Shown one piece after another: positions 9,509 through 16,342 of a stretch of DNA of 36,245 nt. A program made the translations under genes and the position numbers. The stretch spans positions 1-36,245 of the IMG/VR virus record IMGVR_UViG_3300045413_000158; one strand, given 5' to 3'. The stretch comes from a virus. Numbering within the stretch: the first letter of the stretch is position 1; each line of letters opens with the position of its first letter. The notes beneath the pieces were generated by a model that did not search any database, was not told the DNA's origin, and worked only from the letters and a program-made list of their open reading frames with translations.

Positions 9509-10096
9509 ATGTCGCTTGTTAATCCAAGGATTACCGTTGATGCGAATTACTATAAATTCTATGGTAATTCAGTATTAGAATGCTGGTATCCGATGGGTAC
9601 ATTCCATAATATTTTTTCAAGTGCTACTACAGCAGCAAATACACTTTATGCAAGTCCTTTTGTTTCTGGGAATGGAGGATGGATTGATGAAGTACGGATT
9701 AATGTTTCATCGGCATCTGCAGCAGGAGGTAAAGCAGTATTTGGAATCTATAAAAATGTAACAACAGCCGGTACCATCTATCCTGGGGATTTATTAGTGA
9801 CAAGTGGTGAGGTCTCTATTGATTCTACTGGAATAAAATCCTTGTCAACGACAACATATCTTGAACCGAATGCAAATTATTTTTTTGCAATACTTTGTAA
9901 CGCGTCAGCCACGTTTCGTGGTAGCAATGCAACTGGTCATATTGCAATTGTTGGTAAAGCAAGTCTTTCTGGTGCAGCGAGTGCAAGAACACGTTTATCT
10001 GGATCAAATGCGTATGGATCACTTCCTGTAACATTTCCTTCTGGTTTTAGTGGAGGTACAACTGTGACGATTGGAATTATGCATTTTTCATCATAA
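9509..10096 (+). CDS. Tandem paralogue 1 of 3 (195 aa), virion-module protein of unknown function
   Basis: The start is taken at the TAATATG junction (TAA 9505-9507, ATG 9509). It shares ...GIY....G..YP..L...SGE.....TG.K....T..LEPN..YF... and YGSLPVTFPSG...HFSS* with the next two genes. Confidence 0.7.
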   Translation: MSLVNPRITVDANYYKFYGNSVLECWYPMGTFHNIFSSATTAANTLYASPFVSGNGGWIDEVRINVSSASAAGGKAVFGIYKNVTTAGTIYPGDLLVTSGEVSIDSTGIKSLSTTTYLEPNANYFFAILCNASATFRGSNATGHIAIVGKASLSGAASARTRLSGSNAYGSLPVTFPSGFSGGTTVTIGIMHFSS

Positions 10097-10110
10097 TATG
10101 CTGAATAATG
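10083..10110 (+). repeat. 28-bp exact junction repeat, copy 1 (atttttcatcataatatgctgaataatg)
   Basis: The identical 28-mer spans the stop/start junction between paralogues 1 and 2, and again between paralogues 2 and 3. Confidence 0.9.
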
Positions 10111-10670
10111 TTAATAATGGAAAAGATTACGGATATTTCCGTGCTCGTAATTCATCAAGTTATTATACCTATAATCTTTTTTGTGAGTCTACGATAACAG
10201 GAGCGATGGCAGTAGATACACTTCGTGCAATACCATTTGTTTCAACACCTTCTGGAACAATAGGACGATTTGGTTTTGAAGTGACAACCGCTGCAGCATC
10301 ATCAGTTGGTCGCTGTGGGATTTATACTGTTGTTAATTCAGGTGCACTCTATCCCAATGCGCTTGTTGTTGAGACCGGTGAGTTAAGTTGTGCAACAACG
10401 GGAGAGAAAGCTGTAACAACGACAACAGTATTAGAACCAAATACGGTATATTTCGCCGCATTTTTATTTGGTACTGCTACACCAACAGTTCGTATTCATT
10501 CGAGTACGCATTGTCCTCAGCTTTTTGGAGTTCCTTCAACATTTGGTTCAAGTGTTCGTGCAAGTTTTTCTATTGCACAAGCGTACGGAGCAATACCATT
10601 AACATTCCCAAGTGGTGCTTCATTTGCAACTGGTGGAAGTCCAGAATTTTATCATTATTTTTCATCATAA
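10098..10670 (+). CDS. Tandem paralogue 2 of 3 (190 aa)
   Basis: TAATATG junction. It starts MLNN like paralogue 3 and shares RCGIYT, LEPNTVYF, YGAIPLTFPSG and the ending HYFSS*. Confidence 0.7.
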   Translation: MLNNVNNGKDYGYFRARNSSSYYTYNLFCESTITGAMAVDTLRAIPFVSTPSGTIGRFGFEVTTAAASSVGRCGIYTVVNSGALYPNALVVETGELSCATTGEKAVTTTTVLEPNTVYFAAFLFGTATPTVRIHSSTHCPQLFGVPSTFGSSVRASFSIAQAYGAIPLTFPSGASFATGGSPEFYHYFSS

Positions 10671-10684
10671 TATGCTGAATAATG
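10657..10684 (+). repeat. 28-bp exact junction repeat, copy 2
   Basis: Same 28-mer as 10083-10110. Confidence 0.9.
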
Positions 10685-11259
10685 ATCAAAATATTCGTTC
10701 TGCTGGATGGTTCCATAATATCGAATCAACATATTATGACGCATGGTATATTGGAGGTATTCTAACTCAACCATATGGAGGAGGAGTACTCGGAAGTAAC
10801 TCCCCGTCTCCAAATATTTTGTATGCGGTTCCCTATCTTACCGGACACGGTGGGGTTGTTGATGACATTCGTTATGAAGTAACCGCGACGGGAGGTGTCG
10901 GTCGCTGTGGGATTTATACTTCAACAAGTCATTATAATCCGTACCCAGATCAACTTCTTCTTGATAGCGGTGAAAATGTTCATTCAACAACAGGAATAAA
11001 AAGTACAACAACATCGACGAGACTTCCTGAAAATTCTTTAGTCTGGTTTGTATATTTACAAAGTTTAACAAGCAATGTTCGGGCTATTTCAGCAGGATCA
11101 GGCTGGTTCTTTTTAGGTTCAGACAGCTCTATGTCTACATCGATCCGTGGTCGAATAACAATTTCTTATTCATACGGGAGTCTTCCAGCGACTTTTCCTG
11201 CCGGAGGATCAACTACTTCAACAATTGCCCCAGCAATAGGTGTACATTATTCTTCCTAA
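10672..11259 (+). CDS. Tandem paralogue 3 of 3 (195 aa)
   Basis: TAATATG junction. It starts MLNN and shares RCGIYT, YGSLPATFPAG and the ending HYSS*. Confidence 0.7.
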   Translation: MLNNDQNIRSAGWFHNIESTYYDAWYIGGILTQPYGGGVLGSNSPSPNILYAVPYLTGHGGVVDDIRYEVTATGGVGRCGIYTSTSHYNPYPDQLLLDSGENVHSTTGIKSTTTSTRLPENSLVWFVYLQSLTSNVRAISAGSGWFFLGSDSSMSTSIRGRITISYSYGSLPATFPAGGSTTSTIAPAIGVHYSS

Positions 11260-11260
11260 T

Positions 11261-11563
11261 ATGAAATATAAAATCACATACGATCTTTTGACGAATGAGC
11301 TCCTCTTCGTTGAGCCGGTAACAACGGGCATTGTTGAAGTAGAAGATGATCCCATCGCAGAGAAATGGCTCTCAGAAGGATGTCGTGCACACCTCATTGA
11401 TGGTGTTCTTGTTGAAAATACCGAACCTATCTGTATCGAACGGAATATCTGTCCCGATAAAGACATTGCCGAAATTGTAAACATCCCTTCAAATGTTGGG
11501 ATGAAAGAGGCAGAATATGAACATGTCCTGAATGATGCCTTCAATATTTTGATGAGTGAATAA
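11261..11563 (+). CDS. Hypothetical protein (100 aa)
   Basis: The start is taken at the TAATATG junction (ATG 11261). The ORF-track start at 11240 lies inside the upstream gene. Confidence 0.6.
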   Translation: MKYKITYDLLTNELLFVEPVTTGIVEVEDDPIAEKWLSEGCRAHLIDGVLVENTEPICIERNICPDKDIAEIVNIPSNVGMKEAEYEHVLNDAFNILMSE

Positions 11564-11564
11564 T

Positions 11565-11900
11565 ATGACTGAGACGATTCACGAACAACAGAATAAAGAG
11601 ATTCGCAATATTGAACTTCGTCTTGAACGGATGGAGGTTATTTTCTTGGAGCGCAATCGGAAAAGTGATGACCATGCTGCAGGATTGACTCGCATTGAAA
11701 CGAAGTTTGATACGTTTATTGCGACATTACCAAAAGAATACGTTTCTGTTCGTGAATTTTCAGAATACAAAGACAACCTTAAAACACTTCTCTCAGAACG
11801 TAAAGATGGAGCAAAGTCATGGCAAAGTTGGGTGATGTTACTCGTTCCCACATTTATGTCTGCTATAATGACATTGTATGTCATCTTCGGTCAGCGATAA
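11565..11900 (+). CDS. Membrane-anchored coiled-coil protein (lysis-cassette candidate)
   Basis: 111 aa from the TAATATG junction. It has an N-terminal coiled coil and a C-terminal transmembrane helix (WQSWVMLLVPTFMSAIMTLYVIF). Confidence 0.55.
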   Translation: MTETIHEQQNKEIRNIELRLERMEVIFLERNRKSDDHAAGLTRIETKFDTFIATLPKEYVSVREFSEYKDNLKTLLSERKDGAKSWQSWVMLLVPTFMSAIMTLYVIFGQR

Positions 11901-12093
11901 GCTACAAGAAATTCATCAACGTATTGATCTTCTTGAACGTCTTGTCGCCACTCCTATTGTTTCTAAACGTGATATTCGATGGATTATCTTTTCTCTCGTT
12001 GCTATCGCATTTGTTTTTCTTATTGGAGTATTTGAACAGATTTATCTTCTTTCGAAGGTGAGTGATATTTACTCTTTACTTGAAAGCGTATGA
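11878..12093 (+). CDS. Small membrane protein (lysis-cassette candidate)
   Basis: 71 aa with one clear transmembrane helix (IRWIIFSLVAIAFVFLIGVF). It overlaps the upstream gene by 23 nt in another frame. Confidence 0.55.
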   Translation: MSSSVSDKLQEIHQRIDLLERLVATPIVSKRDIRWIIFSLVAIAFVFLIGVFEQIYLLSKVSDIYSLLESV

Positions 12094-12194
12094 CAAAAGC
12101 AGCACGGTTAATGACACGGGTACGAAAGGCAAACAAAGCAAAGCGTGATGCGAAGCCGAAGAAGAAGATTCGTTTGTACAAAGACTACGCGTGA
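12090..12194 (+). CDS. Micro-ORF, 34 aa, highly basic (MTKAARLMTRVRKANKAKRDAKPKKKIRLYKDYA)
   Basis: Hand-translated. Its ATG overlaps the upstream stop (GTATGA). It is below the ORF-track cut-off. Confidence 0.4.
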   Translation: MTKAARLMTRVRKANKAKRDAKPKKKIRLYKDYA

Positions 12195-12195
12195 T

Positions 12196-12309
12196 ATGTC
12201 GAAAAACCTTGAGAATCGTTTGAAACGTGAGGCAAAAAAGAAGGGATTCGGAAAGAAACGTACGGGCGCGTATGTATACGGGACACTTTCAAAGCTAAAG
12301 AAAAAATAG
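12196..12309 (+). CDS. Micro-ORF, 37 aa, highly basic (MSKNLENRLKREAKKKGFGKKRTGAYVYGTLSKLKKK)
   Basis: Hand-translated. It starts 1 nt after the previous stop (TGATATG) and fills an otherwise empty gap. Confidence 0.4.
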   Translation: MSKNLENRLKREAKKKGFGKKRTGAYVYGTLSKLKKK

Positions 12310-12313
12310 TCCT

Positions 12314-12505
12314 ATGTCATCAAAAAGAATCAAGATGAAGGTGACATTGACAAACCTTGATACGAATGAATCATGGGATTCTATACAAGAGTTTAACTCC
12401 GATGTTCCTATGGATGTTCTTGTGAAACGGGGGAGTATGGAATCCGCAATCAGCCAGGCGGCATCAGCAGCATTCATTGAACTTTCAAAGCACATTGAAT
12501 CGTAA
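12314..12505 (+). CDS. Hypothetical protein (63 aa)
   Basis: ORF from the track. It is tightly packed and ends in the TAATATG junction with the endolysin gene. Confidence 0.55.
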   Translation: MSSKRIKMKVTLTNLDTNESWDSIQEFNSDVPMDVLVKRGSMESAISQAASAAFIELSKHIES

Positions 12506-12506
12506 T

Positions 12507-13013
12507 ATGAATATTCTTAATATTAGCGGCGAATTGCCATGGAAAGGCTCTTTAGGACGACGGAAAAAGGAAGATATTAAGTTTGTCTTATTGCACCATG
12601 ACGCTTCGCTTGCCGGAGATGTCTATGACGCGAAGAAACTCTACGCTCAAGAAGCTAATTACCATATCTCTAAAGGTTGGGGCCATCTTGGGTACTCTTT
12701 TCGTATTGCTCGCGATGGTACTATCTATCAGACAGTGCCTTATGAGGAAATTGGAGCGCATGCAGGAAATTACAAATACTTCCGTAATAGTATGGGAGTA
12801 TGCCTAGATGGGAGCTTTGATAAACAAAAGCCGTCTGATGCACAGATAAAGGCGTTACGTGACTTCATGGATCATCTCTCGTATCACTCACCAGAGCTTC
12901 CTGGTGTTGTACGAAAGAGTTGGTATTCTCATAAAGAGGTTCGGACGAATCCAACATTTTGTTGTGGTCCGGATATTACAAAGATCGTTCAAAATTATCG
13001 TAATACAAAATAA
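12507..13013 (+). CDS. N-acetylmuramoyl-L-alanine amidase endolysin (Amidase_2 / PGRP / T7-lysozyme-like)
   Basis: 168 aa. FVLLHHDAS..., GWGHLGYSF, GAHAG and YSHKEV...FCCGPD match the His...His...Cys zinc-ligand pattern of T7-lysozyme-type amidases. The start is at the TAATATG junction. Confidence 0.85.
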   Translation: MNILNISGELPWKGSLGRRKKEDIKFVLLHHDASLAGDVYDAKKLYAQEANYHISKGWGHLGYSFRIARDGTIYQTVPYEEIGAHAGNYKYFRNSMGVCLDGSFDKQKPSDAQIKALRDFMDHLSYHSPELPGVVRKSWYSHKEVRTNPTFCCGPDITKIVQNYRNTK

Positions 13014-13015
13014 AT

Positions 13016-13222
13016 ATGTCAGCAGAAGGAATTGGCAAGAAATGGTACATGTCACGGGGTGTATGGATCGCTGTGCTCACTTTTCTTATTGGTGCATCGG
13101 ACGTCATCATTGAATTGATCCGTTCTGAGGACTACTCAGCAATGGGAATTGCAATGGCGGTTGCCGGAATCCTCAAGTTTGCAGAACGGATGACATCAAA
13201 TGGTGAGCCAGTGAATCTCTAA
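13016..13222 (+). CDS. Holin-like small membrane protein
   Basis: 68 aa with two hydrophobic helices (VWIAVLTFLIGASDVIIELI; MGIAMAVAGILKFA). It lies immediately after the endolysin and is the last gene before the terminator. Confidence 0.55.
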   Translation: MSAEGIGKKWYMSRGVWIAVLTFLIGASDVIIELIRSEDYSAMGIAMAVAGILKFAERMTSNGEPVNL

Positions 13223-13252
13223 AAAAAAGAAGCCGTAATGGCTTCTTTTTTT
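13221..13252 (+). terminator. Intrinsic terminator ending the late/lysis operon (A-tract, hairpin, T-tract; potentially bidirectional)
   Basis: aaaaaaaa GAAGCC gtaat GGCTTC ttttttt. The stem is 13229-13234/13240-13245 and the T-run 13246-13252. Confidence 0.8.
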
Positions 13253-13290
13253 ATAAAAAAATAGTGCGCGGTTTCACCTAACCACCGCGC
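13253..13290 (-). terminator. Intrinsic terminator ending the - strand early operon
   Basis: On the - strand: GCGCGGU-ggttaggtgaa-ACCGCGC followed by ACUAUUUUUUU. The stem is 13266-13272/13284-13290. Confidence 0.7.
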
Positions 13291-13301
13291 GAAGGTTTCG
13301 T

Positions 13302-13505
13302 TCACAACATAGAATTAAAGACTATGAACTCTTTTCTTTCAAAATAGTGTGAAATTACACCATTAAATTCATGCCCTTCTCCTTGTTGTTTTTTATGGAG
13401 TGTATGGATGAAAGACTCTACCTTTGTTTCTGAAGGGAATCGAACATTCCAGCCACAGATATGACATGTCACACGTATAACCTGAACCAGATCATCGTTG
13501 TGCAT
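13302..13505 (-). CDS. Small protein with a CxxC motif (67 aa)
   Basis: The start is taken at the internal ATG (MHNDDLVQVIRVTCHICGWN...). The longer track ORF (to 13640) overlaps the upstream zinc-ribbon gene in another frame. Confidence 0.5.
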   Translation of the reverse strand: MHNDDLVQVIRVTCHICGWNVRFPSETKVESFIHTLHKKQQGEGHEFNGVISHYFERKEFIVFNSML

Positions 13506-13719
13506 ACTTATAATGAATAACAGGAAGTCCGTTATCGAGTGCCTCATTGAATACTCTTTTTGAGATATCCTTGAAACATCGGACAGTGGAACCATCATTA
13601 CAAACATGACAACGGGTGAGGTAGACGATACGACCATCATCTGTCAGAAGGACAAGACGAATAGTAAGCACGGTGCTGCAATCAGGACATGAGATGCAAG
13701 AAATTGTATCCCAGATCAT
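13492..13719 (-). CDS. Zinc-ribbon protein (75 aa)
   Basis: MIWDTISCISCPDC...TRCHVCNDG has two CxxC pairs. Its ATG overlaps the stop of the upstream micro-ORF (ATGA). The track start at 13854 is a TTG. Confidence 0.55.
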   Translation of the reverse strand: MIWDTISCISCPDCSTVLTIRLVLLTDDGRIVYLTRCHVCNDGSTVRCFKDISKRVFNEALDNGLPVIHYKYAQR

Positions 13720-13838
13720 TGTTGCACACGGCGGTCGTAGAGACAGGCGTGAAGGATCAGAAGCGGCAGAATGCACGCAAACAAGATACTTGGCTTCTCT
13801 ATTGCAGCCCACATGATCCACGAATGAAAGAACGACAT
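13716..13838 (-). CDS. Micro-ORF, 40 aa, hydrophobic (MSFFHSWIMWAAIEKPSILFACILPLLILHACLYDRRVQQ)
   Basis: Hand-translated. It is preceded by GGAGGAatcactATG, one of the very few strong Shine-Dalgarno sequences in the genome. It is coupled to the next gene by an ATGA overlap. Confidence 0.45.
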   Translation of the reverse strand: MSFFHSWIMWAAIEKPSILFACILPLLILHACLYDRRVQQ

Positions 13839-13951
13839 AGTGATTCCTCCACAACTGCTCACATTCTTTGGGAGAATATCATCTCAAAAGGAGGATAATG
13901 AGATAATACACGGCCGAAGCCAGGAACATCAGCATGTGAGGAGGAATCACT
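13839..13951 (-). promoter_or_regulatory. Structured intergenic RNA that can sequester the Shine-Dalgarno sequence of the 13838 micro-ORF
   Basis: A perfect 12-bp inverted repeat (13839-13850 / 13940-13951) pairs AGUGAUUCCUCC with GGAGGAAUCACU on the - strand. The enclosed region has an 11-bp hairpin with CCUCC in its loop and a GGC-UUCG-GCC hairpin. Confidence 0.5.
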
Positions 13952-13968
13952 GAGAGTATATCACGTTT

Positions 13969-14304
13969 TTATACTGTATTTTTTGCCTCTTCCAAGAAAT
14001 ACTTTTGAGCGGCTTTGAGAGAACGGATCAATTCCTCGATTGCTTTAATTCGTCCGGTGAGTTTAATGACTCGTTTTCCTTCATCGCTTCCACGAACAAG
14101 CTGCTTTGCTTTTGCTGATGTTACTGTTTCATCTTTGAGAAGCTCACACTCCATCTTTGCGGTGTCCGCCAGCGCATCACATAATTCTACGGAATATTGT
14201 GCAAATATACTTGTGAGAAATGAATAGTAATGGACCACATTTGCTGGAGTAAGACTATCCGGTCGCTTCATGTGATCGATGATCCCTTCGATTGTAAATT
14301 CCAT
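13969..14304 (-). CDS. Hypothetical helical protein (111 aa; alternative start at 14271)
   Basis: ORF from the track. The ATG at 14271 forms an ATGA overlap with the upstream stop and would give 100 aa. Confidence 0.6.
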   Translation of the reverse strand: MEFTIEGIIDHMKRPDSLTPANVVHYYSFLTSIFAQYSVELCDALADTAKMECELLKDETVTSAKAKQLVRGSDEGKRVIKLTGRIKAIEELIRSLKAAQKYFLEEAKNTV

Positions 14305-14501
14305 AGATGTTGGATTTTGAGGAAAAATGTATTTGATCGCTCAGTTCTTTCGTGGCATGTCCGACAAAGATCAACAAGTACAGATGGATCATTTTTGCGT
14401 TCCGGAGATGTGCTTCTTCGTTCAGTATGGTGTCGATCAATCATTTCTACTGTTGATGGTTTACCACACCAAAAGCAAGAACGGGATTGATCGAATAGCA
14501 T
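14268..14501 (-). CDS. Small HNH-type endonuclease-like protein (77 aa)
   Basis: CFWCGKP...DRHHTERRS...LCRTCHERTE fits the CxxC...HH...CxxCH layout of HNH nucleases. Confidence 0.6.
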   Translation of the reverse strand: MLFDQSRSCFWCGKPSTVEMIDRHHTERRSTSPERKNDPSVLVDLCRTCHERTERSNTFFLKIQHLWNLQSKGSSIT

Positions 14502-14503
14502 AT

Positions 14504-15025
14504 TTATCCTGCCGCGATTAACCTCGCGACTTCTTTGATTTTACTTTCGGTTCCTTGTAATGCGTGTATGTCCACTGAATTGTATGAAGTGGCATCGTTG
14601 TACTTCCTCCGATCCATGACGAATGGTAAACATCCTTCTCCCTTTCCGTCTGAATAATCCACTCCTGTATATTCCACTTGTTTTCCATCGGAATTTCTGG
14701 AAAGTGGCAATGGATTAGTGCGTTCCAGGGAAGCAATGAATGCGTCTTGAGTAATAAGCTCGTCAGTTTTTCCGCATCCTTCTTCATCAAGGTCGCGAAG
14801 TGATAATCCTGTTGTGTTGTCTTCTCCTTCATTCCCTTCCATCGATTCTCGCATATCTGCGCCCAGTACAGCATCTTCTTTTTCAATCGATGAATACGGA
14901 ACATTACAAATAATCCATACATATTCCTTGAAGTTAATGCGCTTTTCTTCTCGAAGAGGCTTGTATTTTGCAACCCGTTCGTCGTAGGACATTGCTTTCA
15001 GTTGTTCAAGCTCTTCTAACGTCAT
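14504..15025 (-). CDS. Hypothetical acidic protein (173 aa)
   Basis: The start is taken at MTLEELEQL (ATG 15025), 4 nt after the upstream stop. The track start at 15064 overlaps the upstream gene. Confidence 0.6.
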   Translation of the reverse strand: MTLEELEQLKAMSYDERVAKYKPLREEKRINFKEYVWIICNVPYSSIEKEDAVLGADMRESMEGNEGEDNTTGLSLRDLDEEGCGKTDELITQDAFIASLERTNPLPLSRNSDGKQVEYTGVDYSDGKGEGCLPFVMDRRKYNDATSYNSVDIHALQGTESKIKEVARLIAAG

Positions 15026-15029
15026 AAGA

Positions 15030-15215
15030 CTATTTGTTTGATTCTTTTCCCTTTCGTATTGCATCAGACCATGCTTTCTTTTCCTCGTCGGTTTTCTTCG
15101 CCCAGCGATACTTATTTCGCTGCGTTGCCATGACGCTCCGTGCGATGCTCAATACTTCTTCTTCAGAGGCAATATGTTTCTTCCCATTTTCGTCGATCCA
15201 AATCTTCTTTTCCAT
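15030..15215 (-). CDS. Hypothetical basic protein (61 aa)
   Basis: ORF from the track with an ATG start, packed within the operon. Confidence 0.55.
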   Translation of the reverse strand: MEKKIWIDENGKKHIASEEEVLSIARSVMATQRNKYRWAKKTDEEKKAWSDAIRKGKESNK

Positions 15216-15256
15216 ACCTGCATTATATCATGCCATTAGTGAAACTATGTGAATAA

Positions 15257-15427
15257 CTATTCTATCATTAATAGTACTGCAATGGCTAAATCGAAAGCAC
15301 CCATAAAAATTCCAATAATTGATAACGGAACATTTATTTCTCCTCCCTTTTTTACTCCACCAGAAGACGCAATAAAGAGTATCAATATACCTTGGAGAAA
15401 CATTATGAGAGCTAATATATATTTCAT
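15257..15427 (-). CDS. Micro-ORF, 56 aa, two-helix membrane protein (MKYILALIMFLQGILILFIASSGG...IIGIFMGAFDLAIAVLLMIE)
   Basis: Hand-translated with an ATG start. It forms a clean transmembrane hairpin. I prefer it to the overlapping TTG-started 67-aa track ORF 15228..15431. Confidence 0.45.
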   Translation of the reverse strand: MKYILALIMFLQGILILFIASSGGVKKGGEINVPLSIIGIFMGAFDLAIAVLLMIE

Positions 15428-15454
15428 ACAAGGACTTTTTGAGATTCTTTCATA

Positions 15455-15562
15455 TTATTTCTTCTCTTCACATTCAGGACATAACCCTTTGAATGGTTCG
15501 TATGGATGTGTCTTGATCCAAAGGAAGATCTCGCCGCATTGTTCGCAGTACATGTGTGGCAT
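15455..15562 (-). CDS. Micro-ORF, 35 aa, zinc ribbon (MPHMYCEQCGEIFLWIKTHPYEPFKGLCPECEEKK)
   Basis: Hand-translated. It has two CxxC pairs, with AAGGA 7 nt upstream of the ATG. It fills the gap after the 15582 gene. Confidence 0.5.
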   Translation of the reverse strand: MPHMYCEQCGEIFLWIKTHPYEPFKGLCPECEEKK

Positions 15563-15581
15563 ATTTCATCCTTACGAATCT

Positions 15582-15959
15582 TCACGGCCGAACCCACAGC
15601 ACATTATCTGCTTTTGTTTTATTACACTCGTGACAACATGTGACAAGGTTTCTTTTGTCATTTGTTCCACCTTTTGAGACCGGAATAATGTGATCGATTG
15701 TGAGATTCATTTTCTCCACCACCTTCAGTGCACGACGGAGAGTATCGGAGAAGACAGGGTAATTGTTATGAAGGGCGACGATATAATTTGCATCCTCAAT
15801 TTCGCATGCTGGCCATTCAGTGCCAGATGCAACACCAGGGGCTATATCCACTAAAGAAGGATATGCATCACTCCATGGCTCAGAGATATTCCACTCACCC
15901 TGTGTCGCTTTTTCGCGTAGTTCATCCAACACGTCGAGTATTTTTAGGATGTCTTGCAT
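15582..15959 (-). CDS. Ead/Ea22-like N-terminal region fused to an HNH nuclease motif
   Basis: 125 aa. ...EKATQGEW...EIEDANYIVALHNNYPVFSDTLRRAL resembles the Ea22-like pattern. The C-terminus IDHIIPVSKGGTNDKRNLVTCCHECNKTK is a classic HNH core. Confidence 0.55.
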   Translation of the reverse strand: MQDILKILDVLDELREKATQGEWNISEPWSDAYPSLVDIAPGVASGTEWPACEIEDANYIVALHNNYPVFSDTLRRALKVVEKMNLTIDHIIPVSKGGTNDKRNLVTCCHECNKTKADNVLWVRP

Positions 15960-16324
15960 AGGGTAATGAGGTTATGTTCGAGGAGATGAATGAGTGCTTT
16001 TGCACGAGCATCCGCTTCGGTATCAGAAAGGAATACTGTTGCATCAATATCTTTATTCCATTCCGTTACCCATTGATCCGGAATATAGCCTATTGTAGGA
16101 GCGTATTCGCTTTTTACCTTTTTCATCATTTCTCCTAATTCTGCGACAGTGAAGGCTGAATACGCATCTGGATTTCCATTCTTCTTGAGTTTCTTTACTT
16201 TAAAACGCATTTCGTCTACGTCTGACATTATTCCTTCCCACATGAAATAGCTTTTTTGTTCAACCCCGAGTTCTTTCAACCTCTTCGCATGTTCGAGCGA
16301 GCAAATATGTTTTTTTATTTGCAT
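15944..16324 (-). CDS. Hypothetical protein (126 aa), distant paralogue of 16519..17019
   Basis: Shared pattern by eye: HAKRLKELGV / TAVKLKEAGW near the N-terminus and a helical ...A.A.l.l.e.NL C-terminus. Confidence 0.6.
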   Translation of the reverse strand: MQIKKHICSLEHAKRLKELGVEQKSYFMWEGIMSDVDEMRFKVKKLKKNGNPDAYSAFTVAELGEMMKKVKSEYAPTIGYIPDQWVTEWNKDIDATVFLSDTEADARAKALIHLLEHNLITLCKTS

Positions 16325-16342
16325 AGGACCTTTTTCATAAAG

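Noticed and set aside
13689-13898. A + strand ORF of 69 aa, and the TTG-started extension of 13492..13854.
   Set aside because: The + ORF is antisense within the - strand operon. The extension is better explained by a separate SD-led 40-aa ORF in another frame, coupled by ATGA to an ATG-started zinc-ribbon gene.
15228-15677. Track ORFs 15228..15431 (-, 67 aa, TTG start) and 15249..15677 (+, 142 aa).
   Set aside because: I replaced them with two ATG-started - strand micro-ORFs: a two-helix membrane protein and a zinc ribbon. These fit the operon strand and have coherent sequences. The + ORF is antisense and low-complexity.
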